Positions 1 through 12,041 of a stretch of 64,000 nucleotides of DNA are shown here, piece by piece. Under the pieces are notes generated by a model that saw only the letters and a program-made list of their open reading frames with translations, was not told the DNA's origin and searched no databases. Origin of the DNA: the human T2T-CHM13v2.0 reference genome, Homo sapiens; assembly GCF_009914755.1 (NCBI RefSeq), contig NC_060927.1. One strand, given 5' to 3'. How positions within the stretch are numbered: position 1 is the stretch's first letter; every line of letters begins with the position of its first letter. A program made the position numbers and the translations under genes.

Positions 1-1375
1 AGCAGAAGAGTGAAACTAGACTCTATCTCTGGCCATCAAATCAAAATCAAATCCAAATGGATTAAAGACTTAAATGTAAGACATGAAACTATGAAACTAT
101 TGAAAGAAAACATTGAGGAAACTCTTCATAAAACTGGTCTGGACAAAAATTTCTTGAGTAATACTCCAAAAGCACAGGCAACCAAAGCAAAAATGGACAA
201 ATGGATTACATCTATTTAAAAAGCTTCTGCACAGCAAGGAACACAATCAATAAAGTAAAGAGACAACCCATAGAATGGAAGAAAATATCTACAAATTACC
301 CATCTGACAAAGGATTAATAACAAAACAATGTAAGAGGAACTCAACTCAATAGGGAAAATAATCTAATAATCTAAATTTGAAACTGGTAAAAGATCTGAA
401 TAGACATTTCTCAAAAGAAGATAAACAAATGACAAAAAAAGCAGGCATATGAAAGAGTGCTCAACATCACTGGTCATCGGAGAAATGCAAATCAAATCTT
501 CAATGACCTATCATCTCACCCCAGTTAAAAGGGCTTTTATCGAAAAGACAGGCAGTAACAAATGCTGGTGAGGACATGGAGAAAAAGGAACCCTCATACG
601 CTGTTAGTGGGGAGTAAATTAGTACAGCCACCATGGAAAACAGTATAGAGTTTCCTCAAAAGTTTAAAAATTTTATTACCATGTGATCCTGCAATCCGAC
701 TGCTAGGTATATACCCCAAATAAATAAAATCAGTATATCAAAGAGATATATGCATCCCTATGTTTACTGAAGCACTGTTAACAACAGCTAAGATTTGTAA
801 GCAACCTAACTGTCCATCAACAGATGAATGGATATAGAAAATGCAATATATATACACAGTGGTATACTATTCAGCCATTAAAAAAGAATGATATCCTGCC
901 ATTTGCAACACCATGAATGGAACTGGAGGACATTATGTTAAGTGGAAAAAGCCACAGAAAGACGAACTTCAGATGTTCTCACTTATTTGTGGGAGCTTAA
1001 TACTAAAAAAATTGAACTCATGGAGACAGAGAATAGAATAATGGTTACTAGATGCTGGAAAATGTAGTAGGGTGGGAAGGAGGGTTAGTGGAGATGGTTG
1101 ATGGGTACAAAATATAGTTAGACACAACGAGTAAGATCTAGTGTTTGATAGCACAACAGGGTAATTACAGTCCACAATAGTTTATTGTACATTTTAAAAT
1201 AACTGACAGAGTATAATTGGAATGTTTGTAACACAAAGAAATGGTAAATACTTGAGGTGACGGATACACTGTTTACTCTGATGTGATTATGCATTGTATC
1301 CCTGTATCAAAATATTTCATATACCCCATAAATATATATACACACTATGTACCCATAAATATAAAAAATAATTTT
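1..1375 (+). mobile_element. LINE-1 3' part (end of ORF2 + 3'UTR), L1MA2/L1MA3-like; continues beyond the left edge of the window
   Basis: ORF 10-219 resembles the L1 ORF2 C-terminus (KWIKDLNVRHETMKLLKENI...KAKMDKW). The 3'UTR has L1MA-type segments 'aagatctagtgtttgatagcacaacaggg' and 'tatgtacccataaa', followed by an A-rich tail. Confidence 0.93.
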
Positions 1376-2519
1376 AAAAATTATGCAGAATGAATTTTCA
1401 TATAAACCACTACAACAAACAACTATAACTGAAAAGAAACAGAACACTGACATTAAACTATAGAAAGTCCACCAAAGTAATAAGTGAATTTTTAGCTCAT
1501 TGATCCTTCACAGTTCACTTTAGTTTATCACGTCAGCCTGTCTGAGAAGATGAGTAGACCTGAAACCCAGCCTGCCCTCCACACAGCAGGCAGCAGCCCT
1601 AGAGGTGGGGAAACTATTTTCTAACCAACTAAAGATGCTATCTGTCATGTAAACTTTCTGGTGAGATTGCATTAGCCATTAAGGAGTTTATCCAAGTCTT
1701 TTAAAAAAAGCCTGTTGCATGGGTATGTCTTCTGTAAATCTCACATTCAAAACCAATGCAGATCACAGTACTTACGGTGTACTTGTTTTGAAAATGTGAA
1801 TTGTTTCAACATGAATCACATACTAAAGAACAATCTGGGTGAAACACAAATTTTACATTTGCTTATGTGTGATTTTGTCTGCAAGAAACACTAGGTGAAT
1901 TCAGCCACCGAAGTAAACTCAGTTGCCTAGAGAGACACAAAAGGCACGCACAAGCACACCTCAAACATCTAATTCAGTTCACCATGTGTGTTGTGCACTA
2001 CAGCCACCCAGAGCCAGTGTTAGAACTTTCCATTCAATTTCACATAACCCTTTTTCTACCACTTCACAATAACTCACAAGCTATATGATGAAAGAAAGAA
2101 CAATGGTTATGAATGCAATTGGTTGCCTATAGATCTACCTAATCTCACTTCCCAAAAGAACCTGGATGTTCAGGAGTAATAAAAGAATATTCGATAAATA
2201 ATACCATATATTACAGTGGTATTTTTGCAAATAATGAAACAAGAATAATATGATAATAATTATTTTGGCTGGGAGCAAAAAAAGGAACCTATAAGACTTT
2301 TGTGTAAATTATGCTTTTTAAGAGAATCATTTCTCTGGAATTTGATCTTACTCTGAAAATAGGAGAGTTACACTAAATGGTTTCTGATTTCCACTTAGCT
2401 TTACATAAGAATAGCATTTAGATATGTGTAAATAATTAGGAATTCTATCAAATTAGAACCAGGTTATGTTTCTGTCACACTGCTGCTGCTTACATGCTGC
2501 TTAGACTCTTCCTCTCTCT

Positions 2520-2849
2520 ACTGGATTCCTACCATCATCTCCTGTTTCCATGCATATCTTCTGACAGCCTATACTCAAGACAACACGTTCTTAAAATGAT
2601 TCTCTTAAAGTACAAGTTTGATGAGTTCATGCTCCTTCTAAGCACCCTGCAATAGCCCTCCATCTCACAGTAGAAAGCCAACAGCCTTACATTGCTTCGC
2701 GTCCTTCTTACCTCTCTGATGGCAACTCCATATCCCTTACCCTTCCTTCCCCACTTCATTCCAGCACTTACTGACCCTCCTACAGACAAACCTGATTCCA
2801 CATTTTCTGTGCGCTGGCTATTTCCTCTGCTTGGAACATCATCTCTTCA
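2520..2849 (+). mobile_element. L2 LINE fragment, left part (split by the THE1A insertion)
   Basis: Degenerate L2 3'-region motifs ('ctccttctaagcaccctgcaatagccctccatctcac', 'tttcctctgcttggaa'). The element resumes after the THE1A. Confidence 0.7.
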
Positions 2850-2854
2850 GATAC

Positions 2855-5172
2855 TGATATGGTTTGGTTCTGTGTCCCCATCCAAATCTCATCTTGAATT
2901 GTACTTCCATAATTCCCACATGTTGTGGGAGGGACCTGGTAGGAGATAATTTGAATTATGGGGGTGATTTCTCCAATACTGTTCTCCTGGTAGTGAATAA
3001 GTCTCATGAGATCTCATGGTTTCATCAGGGGTTTCCACTTTTGCACCTTCCTTATTTTCTCTTGCTGCTGCCATGTAAGAAGTGCCTTTCACCTCTCACC
3101 ATGATTCTGAGAACCTCCCCAGACAAGTGGAAGTGTAAGTCCAATTAAACCTCTTTTTCTTCCCAGTCTTGGGTATGTCTTTATCAGCAGTGTGAAAACA
3201 GACTAATACAGTAAATTGGTACCAGTAGAGTGGAGCATTGCTGAACAGATACCCGAAAATGTGGAAGCACTTTGGAACTGGGTAATAGGCAAAGGTTGGA
3301 ACAGTTTGGAAGGCACAGAAGTAGACAGGAAAATATGGGGAAATTTGGAACTTGCTAGAGACTTGTTGAATGGCTTTCACAAGAATATTGATAATGATAT
3401 GGACAATGAAATCCAGGTTGAGGTGGTCGCAGATGGAGATGAGGAACTTGTTGGGAGCTGGAGCAGAGGTGACTCTTGTTATGTTTTAGCAAAGAGACTG
3501 GCAGCATTTTGCCCCCACCCTAGAGGTTTGTGGACTTTGAACTTGAGAGAGAAGATTTAGGGTATCTGGCAGAAGAAATTTTTAAACAGCAAAACGTTCA
3601 AAAGGTGGCTTGGGTGCTGTTAAAGGCATTCAGTTTTAACAGGGAAGCAGAGCATAAAAGTTTGGAAAATTTGCAGCCTGAGAATGTGATAGAAAAGAAA
3701 ATCCCATTTTTTTAGGAGAAATTCAAGCTGGCTGCAGATATTTGGATAAGTGCAGATATTTGGAGAAGTGCAGCTATTTGGGTAAGTATAGATACTTGGA
3801 TAACGAGGAGCTGAATGTTAATCCCCAAGACAATGTCTCCAGGGCATGTTAGAGACCTTTGCAGTAGCCTCTCCCATCACAGACCCGGAGGTCTAGAAGG
3901 AAAAAATGGTTTCGTGGGCAGGGCCCAGTTTCTCCATGCTGTGTGCAGTCTAGGGACTTGGTGCCGTGCATCCCAGCTGCTCCAGCCATGGCTGAAAGGG
4001 GCCAATGCAGAGCTCATGTCATGGCTTCAGAGGGTGCAAGCCCCAAGCCTTGGCAGATTCTGCATGCTGTTGAGCCTGTGGGTGTACAGAAGTCAAGAAC
4101 TGGGGTTTGGCAACCTCTGCCTAGATTTCAGAAGACGCATGGAAATGCCTGGATGCCCAGGCAGAAGTTTGCTGCAGGGGCGGGGCTCTCATGGACAACC
4201 TCTGCTAGGGCAGTGCAGAAGGTAAATGTGGGTTGGAGCCCCCACACAGAGTCCCTGCTGGGCTACTGCCTAGTAGAGATGTGAGAAGAGGGCCACCATC
4301 CTCCAGACCCCAGAATGGTAGATCCACCTACAGCTTGCACTGTGCACCTGGAAAAGCTGCAGACACTCAATGCCAGCCAGTGAAAGCAGCTGGGAGGGAG
4401 GCTGTACCCTGCAAAACCACAAGGGTGAAGCTGCCCAAGACCATGAGAATCCACCTCTTGCACCAGTGTGACCTGGATGTGAGACATGGAGTCAAATAAG
4501 ATCATTTGGAGCTTTGAAAGTTGACCAACCTGCTGGATTTCGGACTTGCATGAGCCCTGTACTCCTTTGTTTTTGCCAATTTCTCCCATTTGGAACAGCT
4601 GTATTTACACAATACCTGTACACTCATTGTCTCTAGAAGTAACTAGCTTGCTTTTAATTTTACAGGCTCATAGTCAGAAGAAACTTGCCTTGTCTCAGAT
4701 GAGACTTTGGACTGTGGAGTTTTGGGTTAATGCTGAAATGAATTAAGACTTTGGGCAACTGTTGGGAAGGCATGATTGGTTTTGAAATGTGAGGAGATGA
4801 GATTTGGAGAGGCTAAGGGGGAAATAATAGAGTTTGGCTCTGTTCCCACCCAAATCTCATCTTGAATTGTACTCCCATAATTCCCATGTGTTGTGGGAGG
4901 GACTTGGTAGGAGATAATTTGAGTCATGTGGGTGGTTCCCCTGTACTGTTCTTGTGGTAGTGAATATGTCTCACAAGATCTGGTTTTATCACAGGTTCCA
5001 CTTTTGCATCTTGCTCACCTTCTCTTGCCACCACCATGTAAGAAGTGCCTTTTGCCTCCTGCCATGTTTCTGAGGCCTCACCAGCCATGTGGAACTGTAA
5101 GTCCAATTAAACCTCTTTTTCTTCCCTATCTCAGGTATGTCTTTATCAGCAGCCTGAACATGGACTAATACA
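2855..5172 (+). mobile_element. Full-length THE1A (MaLR) element: 5'LTR 2855-3210, internal 3211-4824, 3'LTR 4825-5172
   Basis: Two similar LTRs (tgatatggtttgg...gactaataca). The internal region begins 'gtaaattggtaccagtagagtgg'. A perfect 5-bp TSD GATAC lies at 2850-2854 and 5173-5177. Confidence 0.96.
3733..3804. repeat. 18-bp tandem repeat, 4 degenerate copies (tgcagatatttggataag), inside THE1-int
   Basis: Units at 3733, 3751, 3769 and 3787: tgcagatatttggataag / tgcagatatttggagaag / tgcagctatttgggtaag / tatagatacttggataac. Confidence 0.9.
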
Positions 5173-5177
5173 GATAC

Positions 5178-5530
5178 CAAATGGTTCCCTCCCTCATCTT
5201 GTTGGGATCTTCCTTCAGGTGACATATTCTTAATAAACCCTACAAACTACACTACTTAAAATTTCAATCCCCACTTTTCTAACTATTCTCCATTCTGGTC
5301 CTCTTTCTCTTTTATTTTCTTTTCCAATAGTACTTTTATTTTCTGACCTGCCATGTAGTTAACTTATTTACTATAGGTTAATTGCTCATCTCTCCCCAGC
5401 TAGAATATAAATTCTACAAGGGCAGTAATCTTTATGAGTCTTGTTCAGTGATGTGTTGCAAGGGCTTAGAATAGTGCCAGGAATATAGCGGATGCTCAAC
5501 AAATATTGTCGAATGAAGGAATGAATAAGT
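5178..5530 (+). mobile_element. L2a 3' end (right part of the element split by THE1A)
   Basis: Typical L2 terminus 'ctagaatataaattctacaagggcag...cttagaatagtgccagg...ctcaacaaatattgtcgaatgaaggaatgaa'. Confidence 0.85.
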
Positions 5531-6989
5531 GAGACCATTAACACTTCACAAATACTTCTAGTATTTCAGGGGTATAAATGTATTTCTAATGTTTTCTAGG
5601 CTCATTAACACAGCAGGCTTAAAACTAGAAAGATAATGATGAAAAAATCCAGAGTTTCAAGTAGACCTAGACCTAATACTAGAACTCTGAATTTGGTGAT
5701 GAAAATGCTCAAATAGGGACCGTTTAAAAAACTGAGCAAAAATCTAAAATGTATGAGTGTTATTAGGATGGCATAGGACAAGAACACATACAGATTGTCT
5801 TTTTTCACTTGAATTACTATGAAATGCTCATTTTTGTCTGTGATGTTCTTCCCTTATCATTGTATTAAAGATAAAGATATATTGATTTTAACAGTATTGA
5901 TTCAGTTGTTTCAAAGAGGGAAGAAAAACTCAGCCTGTGCTTTTCCATTGGGATTGTGCTATTTAAAACAGTATGGCAGAAAAGCAAGTGAGCATGACTG
6001 TTTAATTACAGTAGAACATGCTACCAATTCAACTATTGATTTTACTTCATTCCCCATCTTATAATATATTATATACTTTTTCATACATTCTACCTAGTGT
6101 TCAATATAGAATTTTATATTTATAAATTCTTTTAAATATTTAATGCCTTCCCATTTAAGTTCTTAAATCAAATGTTTTGTAATAGACTGAAATAATCGGC
6201 ATCACGCTGAAAATTTAGGAAAAAGATATAGAGATAGATCAAACCTTATAATATGTAAGGAGTTTTAGAAAACACAAAGCCATGTATCTGAATAGTAAAT
6301 GTGTCAAATTATACATATTAATTAGAATTTATGGATTAATATAATAGAAATTGTGTAATGATACGAATATGGTACAGCAGTATATAATGACATTCATATA
6401 TGCAGGTAATATGGAAAGTGAAATGTAAATTTATGTGATTTAATAAGCTTGTTATAGAACAACATATAAAAATTGAACAAGAAAAAGCTTGGCTTCATTA
6501 GCATGTGATATAAATTATTTTTAAAATTCTGTTTGAAACATAAATTATACTGCTATATGGAAGGCTTCTAATTTTCTTGGATAATAGAGCCACAATATTT
6601 TAGAAAAGTATAAAGATCATTGACAATAAGTTGAAGATCAGTGTAAATATTACATGCATACATACACATGTGTGTGCCTGTATGTGTGTGTATGTGTTTT
6701 AGGGTATGTATCCAGTTTACAACCACTGATGTTGTGTAAAAATAAGTATGAAATGAACAAAACTAAACTGCCATATGTAGCCAAGCAAGTTAGTCATGAC
6801 ATTTAGTTATTTGTTAAAACTTACAAACTAGAAAAAAGATCTGCAATATATTTTGCTGTGTTATTCCACCCACACCACTCTGGTCCTTTCTGTAGGTTGT
6901 TTTCTTGATCTATGAAGGCATTAGGGAATGACCACTAATTAGAGTTATAAGACCAAACCATGGTAAAATTGGGTGCCGCCCAGGCTATC

Positions 6990-7620
6990 TAAGTTGCTAA
7001 TGTGCAATCTCATTTCAGAAGAGCTGTCACTATAAAACCAGGTCAGCATGGCGGCAGAAATCTATAAATATAGTGCCTATGTCATATCCTATCATCTCTG
7101 GAAGGAGCACGCACCCTGTCTTTTTAAAAGAGGTTTCCATATGCTATAGAAGACATGTGTGATAAATTAAGCACTTCTTTCTAGACACTGAAAACATAAT
7201 AGTGATATAATTAATTACAGTCATATTCTTGTTAAAATTGTGCAGAAAAATTACACCTTTTTCGATTAGCATGAAATATAAGTGTCAAATCCGTAATAAA
7301 ACCCTGATCAATAAAACAATAATAATTGTGTTGTTAAAAGCGGACATCGAAAGGTGTTCATGGCAACATATTTTAAAGGTTAGAAACCCTTTTAAAATAA
7401 ACGGATTTCATCTTTACACTATGTCATCTAAATCATTACTGTGTTTGTGTATACAATTATAATCAGACGATAAATTGCAGCTATTGAATGGATTAAGTCT
7501 GCACTTCTTGACCTCATAAATCTGAGATTGTCATAGCTTTAGAAAATGCTTGTGTAACAATCAGTTGATTACATGGCATGAGCAGCTGTGTGCATGTTAA
7601 CTGGAAAATATGAAAGGGGA
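6990..7620. promoter_or_regulatory. Putative highly conserved non-coding element / developmental enhancer
   Basis: Repeat-free, AT-rich, yet retains six CpGs in 7263-7470. Motifs: TAATTAATTA 7208, GTAATAAAA 7293, CAATAAAA 7309, AACAAT 7315, RFX-like GTTCATGGCAAC 7356, TCATAAA 7514, CAGCTG 7583. Conservation is inferred, not measured. Confidence 0.6.
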
Positions 7621-9020
7621 AGGGTAATTCAAAGTTCAATGGTGGAACTTTATAACATATTTGACGCATTCTTTTAACACTTTCAAACCCTTCCTTTGGA
7701 ATATGCTATAGATGTTAGTAAGTTTACAAATTTAATAGAAGGATGTTGAGAAAGTTTAACAAAATGGGGTCCAACTGAAATGTCAATGATTATGAAGATT
7801 CCCTGAAAAGATTTGTTCATGTTAAATCACTGTGTTTTTGAATGCTTTAATAGAGCATAAGGAAGAAGAGTATAGGGTGAGAAATACTTCACAGTATTTC
7901 TCTCTAGTTAGTGATTTGGGGAAAGAGTCCTCACGAATCCATTTCTCACAAATGACACTCTGTTTTTAAGTGTACCATTTCCACCAGCTGCGCAATGCCG
8001 CTGTGACACGACTTCAGTTTACATTTAAAAAAATGCATCAAAGATTGTCTGATGTTTTACATTATCAAAAATTTTGAAACTGTGAAAATGGTTATCTTAC
8101 CCTAATGAAAATAAAATGCTTAAGGTAGCAATATACTAATAGTTTCTGAAGGCAGGCTATACCTGAATCTGCTATTTTATGTTTAATTCAAGAGGTATTA
8201 TGTTCATTTTAGATCTTCTTAAGGAGAATTGGTTTTAACTAAAATTTATCTATTTGTGTATAGCTTCCACCTTCAAAAATTTATATAGAATATGACCCAA
8301 TTTTGAAAATCTCATATATTAAAATGGTATTAATCAAAGATTCAAAGAGAATTAGATTATTAATAATGAAATATTTTCATTTACTTTAATTTTCTCAGAT
8401 GAAAGGAACTAAAGCATGCTTTAAGCATTAGTTAGGAATTTACAGCCTGCTCATAAAAGTGGCATTTTTCTCATTTTGCATAAGAAGTTAGAGCATAGAA
8501 TAGCCAAATAACTAATCCCAAGGTCACAGCAAAAAGGGGAATCAGGGGCAGCTAAAAAGAGAATCCTCAATTTCAAGCTCCTGAGGAACAATTGCCTTTT
8601 TATAACCCCTATTTAATAACATTTAATGATTAAATTACCATGAAAATAAAACATCTTGTTCGAAAGGCATTCTAGTGTGGAAAAATAGAAGACAGTGATC
8701 TATGATATGCACTCAACTTCGTTAAAACAGTCTCGTAACAGATTAGACCCGGCATGCTCGCCACCTGTCTAGAGAGCCCCCTGGCTTTTAAAGAGCTATG
8801 GAAGGGATGTCCACATCTCAGGAGAGGTGGAATTTTTTGCCTTCATGAATTCTGACTGGGATAGTTGATGATTAGAAACAATTGCACAAATGTCTCATTC
8901 TGACTTCGGACATTATATCCACGCAGATTGCCCCTTCATTTAATGATGAAATCTACAGTTCTGTTAGACAATGCTATAGTACCTTGTTATATACTTTATT
9001 AACTAATAAGAGCTATACCT

Positions 9021-9260
9021 AATAATAATAACTAAAATTTGAGTGTCAGTCTTTGCATTAGACAATTTACTTACATTAACACACTCAGTATTTCAAGTAA
9101 CCTGTGAGGTAATTATTGTATTTAACATCCAGATTAGAATACTAAACCATTAAGTGTATTGTCCAAGGTCACAGAGCTAGAAGGTGGCACAGCTAGAAGA
9201 TGGAACACCAGATTTCAACATCAAGCACTCAAATTCTCAACCACTAGACAATACTGCCTC
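9021..9260 (-). mobile_element. MIR SINE
   Basis: Antisense MIR core 'tgtccaaggtcacagagctag' and terminus 'aaccactagacaatactgcctc'. Confidence 0.75.
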
Positions 9261-9879
9261 CAGGTTTTGCCCTTCCTGGCCCTAGTTGATTTCTCAATGT
9301 GGGGCTTTTGGAGCTCAGGAATTTAAGCTGCCCAATGGGATGCCTCATAAAATCCACTGCTTTAAAAGAAACATTTTAATCCAAAATTTTAATCTAAAGA
9401 CAACCCATAGGTGAGTATGGCTAGTTTCGTCTTGTCAGCTTCATTTACCTGACTAATTACATGATGAAATGCAGCTACTATAGTGTGTATAAGTTTTTCC
9501 TTTGTGTAAAAAATACAATCAATTAAAGTTTATCATTCTAGTCAAAGAAAGAATTTTTTTTCAAATAAGTAGTTAAAGCAATCAAACAACTGCTGTGAGA
9601 AATTTTTCCCTTAATAGAGTACTTACTTGTCTACCACAGAATGGATTGAAAGGAACTTATTCAAAATTTGTCAAATTGGTTCTTGGCTTTCTTTGACTTC
9701 ACTAATATAGACATTCAATGAATTAACCCAATTGATTAACTATTTTAGGTAAATATGCCAAATGAAAATAATGACATTTGGGGGTTATTTGATCTCTGTA
9801 ATTCTATGATATCAACACAGCCTTGCTTAACTTAATTTTTTCTCAGCTGAGTTAATGCAAGTTTTCCCTCCATGTCCCC

Positions 9880-10345
9880 CGTCACTCTGTGGTTCTTCCC
9901 ACGTCTTTCTGACATCTGAAAGTGCCATATCCACCAACCCAGGGCTTTGGGACATGTTCTTTCCTCGTCTAGAACACATTTTCCCACCCTCTTTCCCCAT
10001 CCCTACCCTAGCTAAAAGTACCTTTCAACTTTCTGTAGTTTTTCAGATCTCAACACAATTGTGCCTTTTCTAAGATAAGTCCCCTGACCTCCATTACAAG
10101 GTTAAAACCCCCTATTGCAGGCTACCAGAATACCAGTATCTCCTTCCATAGCAGCTGTCAACATAACTGAGTGATATATTTATTAGTATGATTCTCTTAT
10201 TAATGCCTCTTCCCAATAGCCTGGAGGCTCCATGCTGGCAGGTGCCATATCTGCTTTTGCTCATTTACTCCCAGTGCCTAGCACAGTCCCTGATATGTAT
10301 TAGGTAATCAAGAGATAACATGGTGAATGGAGGGATGATGAATAT
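9880..10345 (+). mobile_element. L2 3' fragment
   Basis: 'cccagtgcctagcacagtccctgatatgtattaggt...tgaatggagggatgatgaat' matches the L2 terminus. Confidence 0.75.
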
Positions 10346-10399
10346 CAGGCTGATGAAGCCAGAGACATGGTGCACCTGTGAGCAAAAAGGGAACATTGA

Positions 10400-10480
10400 T
10401 TTCTAATCAACTTCATTGAGCTGTAATTTACATAGAATAAAATGGACCCATTTTTAAGTGTGTGGCTCAATCAGTTTTCA
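10400..10480 (-). mobile_element. Old L1M 3'-terminal fragment
   Basis: 'cttcattgagctgtaatttacatagaataaaatggacccatttttaagtgt' is an antisense L1MB/MC-type terminus. Confidence 0.6.
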
Positions 10481-11727
10481 GTATCGCACTTTTTCATAGG
10501 TTGCCTCTCTGACACTGAACTGTAGCACATTACGAGTCTTCGAATGTTCCTGGACTTCGGGCCCTTCATCTGTAATAAGATATTGTGCTGTTCCTACAGT
10601 CCCTGCCCATTCCAGGATTCTAGGTCTGTGTTTAGGTTCTCTGCATTTCAGCATATATTTAAAGATATATTTTCCCAAAAGGACAGCTATACCCCTAGAA
10701 ACTTGTCAAAAGATAGGCTCAGCTTGCCTGATTTCGGTAGTGATTTGCTGATACACTCCATAATTTATCAAATTTGAATTTTTAAGTTATCCCCACTTTG
10801 AAAAAGGAAGATTTGGCTCACTTAAAATAGCATGTCTTTGAATATATGGTTCAATGTCTTTGTCAGTATTTTCAGCCCTTAGAATATAGAACAGAATTTT
10901 GAGACCTCTTCAACCAGAGTTCTGGTAGCTTTTTTCTATCAAGCCACTAAGCAGAGTGGAAAAAAAATTAAACAAACATTACTTACGTAAAAAAACAACT
11001 CAGGTATTTATCTTCTTTCAACCTATCCTCCTCTCTTCTTTCCTTCCTTTCTTTTTTCTCCCTGTTCATTCATTCATTTGCTCATTGGTTCATTCTTTTA
11101 ATAACAGAAATACAAAAACAGTACATCAATCTACTTTTGGAATTGAACACAAGAAATTATAAATTGTTCACTAAATATAACACATAATTTAAAACATATC
11201 AGACTCTGTTATATGAATAGTAAACAGAGAGAGCTTAATTGAATTTTTTTATTTAAAAAAGAAGACAAGCAATATGAGTAAGAACTGCCCAACAGATTAG
11301 AAAAGCACATAGAGAAAGGAGAAAAAAGAGAAAAAGCCAAGACAGATTGACAAAACCACCCACCCACAGGGACCTGTATTTTGATAAAAAATAGACATTT
11401 TCTATTTTTAGGAGAGGTATACCCAGCAGTGAATATTTAGGACATTGATTCTCAAATGATGCCCTTGCACTCAGTATTTGAAACTAAATATTTTTAAATG
11501 ATCTAATTCACACTAAAAAAATCTTATAAATAAAATAATATCCCTCTGAAGACTGCTCTCCCATTATTTTGTAATTAAACTTTTGTATCTGAATCTGCTT
11601 ATCTCTACTAGCATATAGATTTAGCATGAAAATATATATTTAATTATATTAAGAATTTTAAAATTTGTATTTTAGGGTAGGACTTCTCTACCAAAAAAAA
11701 ATTGTAAAAGCTACTAATTTAAGAATT

Positions 11728-12041
11728 GACCAGGCACAGTGGCTAACAGCTGTAATCCCAGCACTTTGAGAGGCCGAGATGGGAGAATCTCTTGAGGCCA
11801 GGAGTTTGAGACCAGCCTGGGCAAGATGGCAAGATCCCTGTGGCTACAAAAAATTTAAAAATTAGCTGGACTTAGTGGTGGGTGTCCGTAGTCCAAGCTA
11901 CTCAGGAGGCTAAGGTGGGAGGCTCAGCCATGAGCCTAGAAATTCAAGGTGGCATTGAGCTATGATGGCACCACTGCACTCCAGTGTGGGTGAAAAAGTG
12001 AGACCCTCATCTCTACTCATACTAATAATAAATAAAACAAA
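11728..12041 (+). mobile_element. AluJ (old dimeric Alu)
   Basis: Both arms and linker present, with J-type diagnostics (ttgaggccaggagtttgag; gagctatgatggcaccactgcac). Approximate TSD taatttaagaatt / taatttaaaaatt. Confidence 0.95.

Noticed and set aside
10-219. 69-aa ORF
   Set aside because: Fragment of decayed L1 ORF2, not a gene.
3733-3804. Short repeat array superficially like a CRISPR
   Set aside because: Units are head-to-tail with no spacers, in primate DNA; a simple minisatellite.
2780-5225. Dense cluster of overlapping ORFs up to 136 aa
   Set aside because: All lie inside THE1A LTR or internal sequence; frameshifted MaLR remnants and antisense chance ORFs.
6650-6697. Alternating purine-pyrimidine tract with Z-DNA potential
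   Set aside because: Short, interrupted CA/TG/TA microsatellite decay; commonplace.
8755-8790. Two partial CTCF-like cores (cgccacctg, gccccctggc)
   Set aside because: Only the 3' half of the motif matches; too weak to call.
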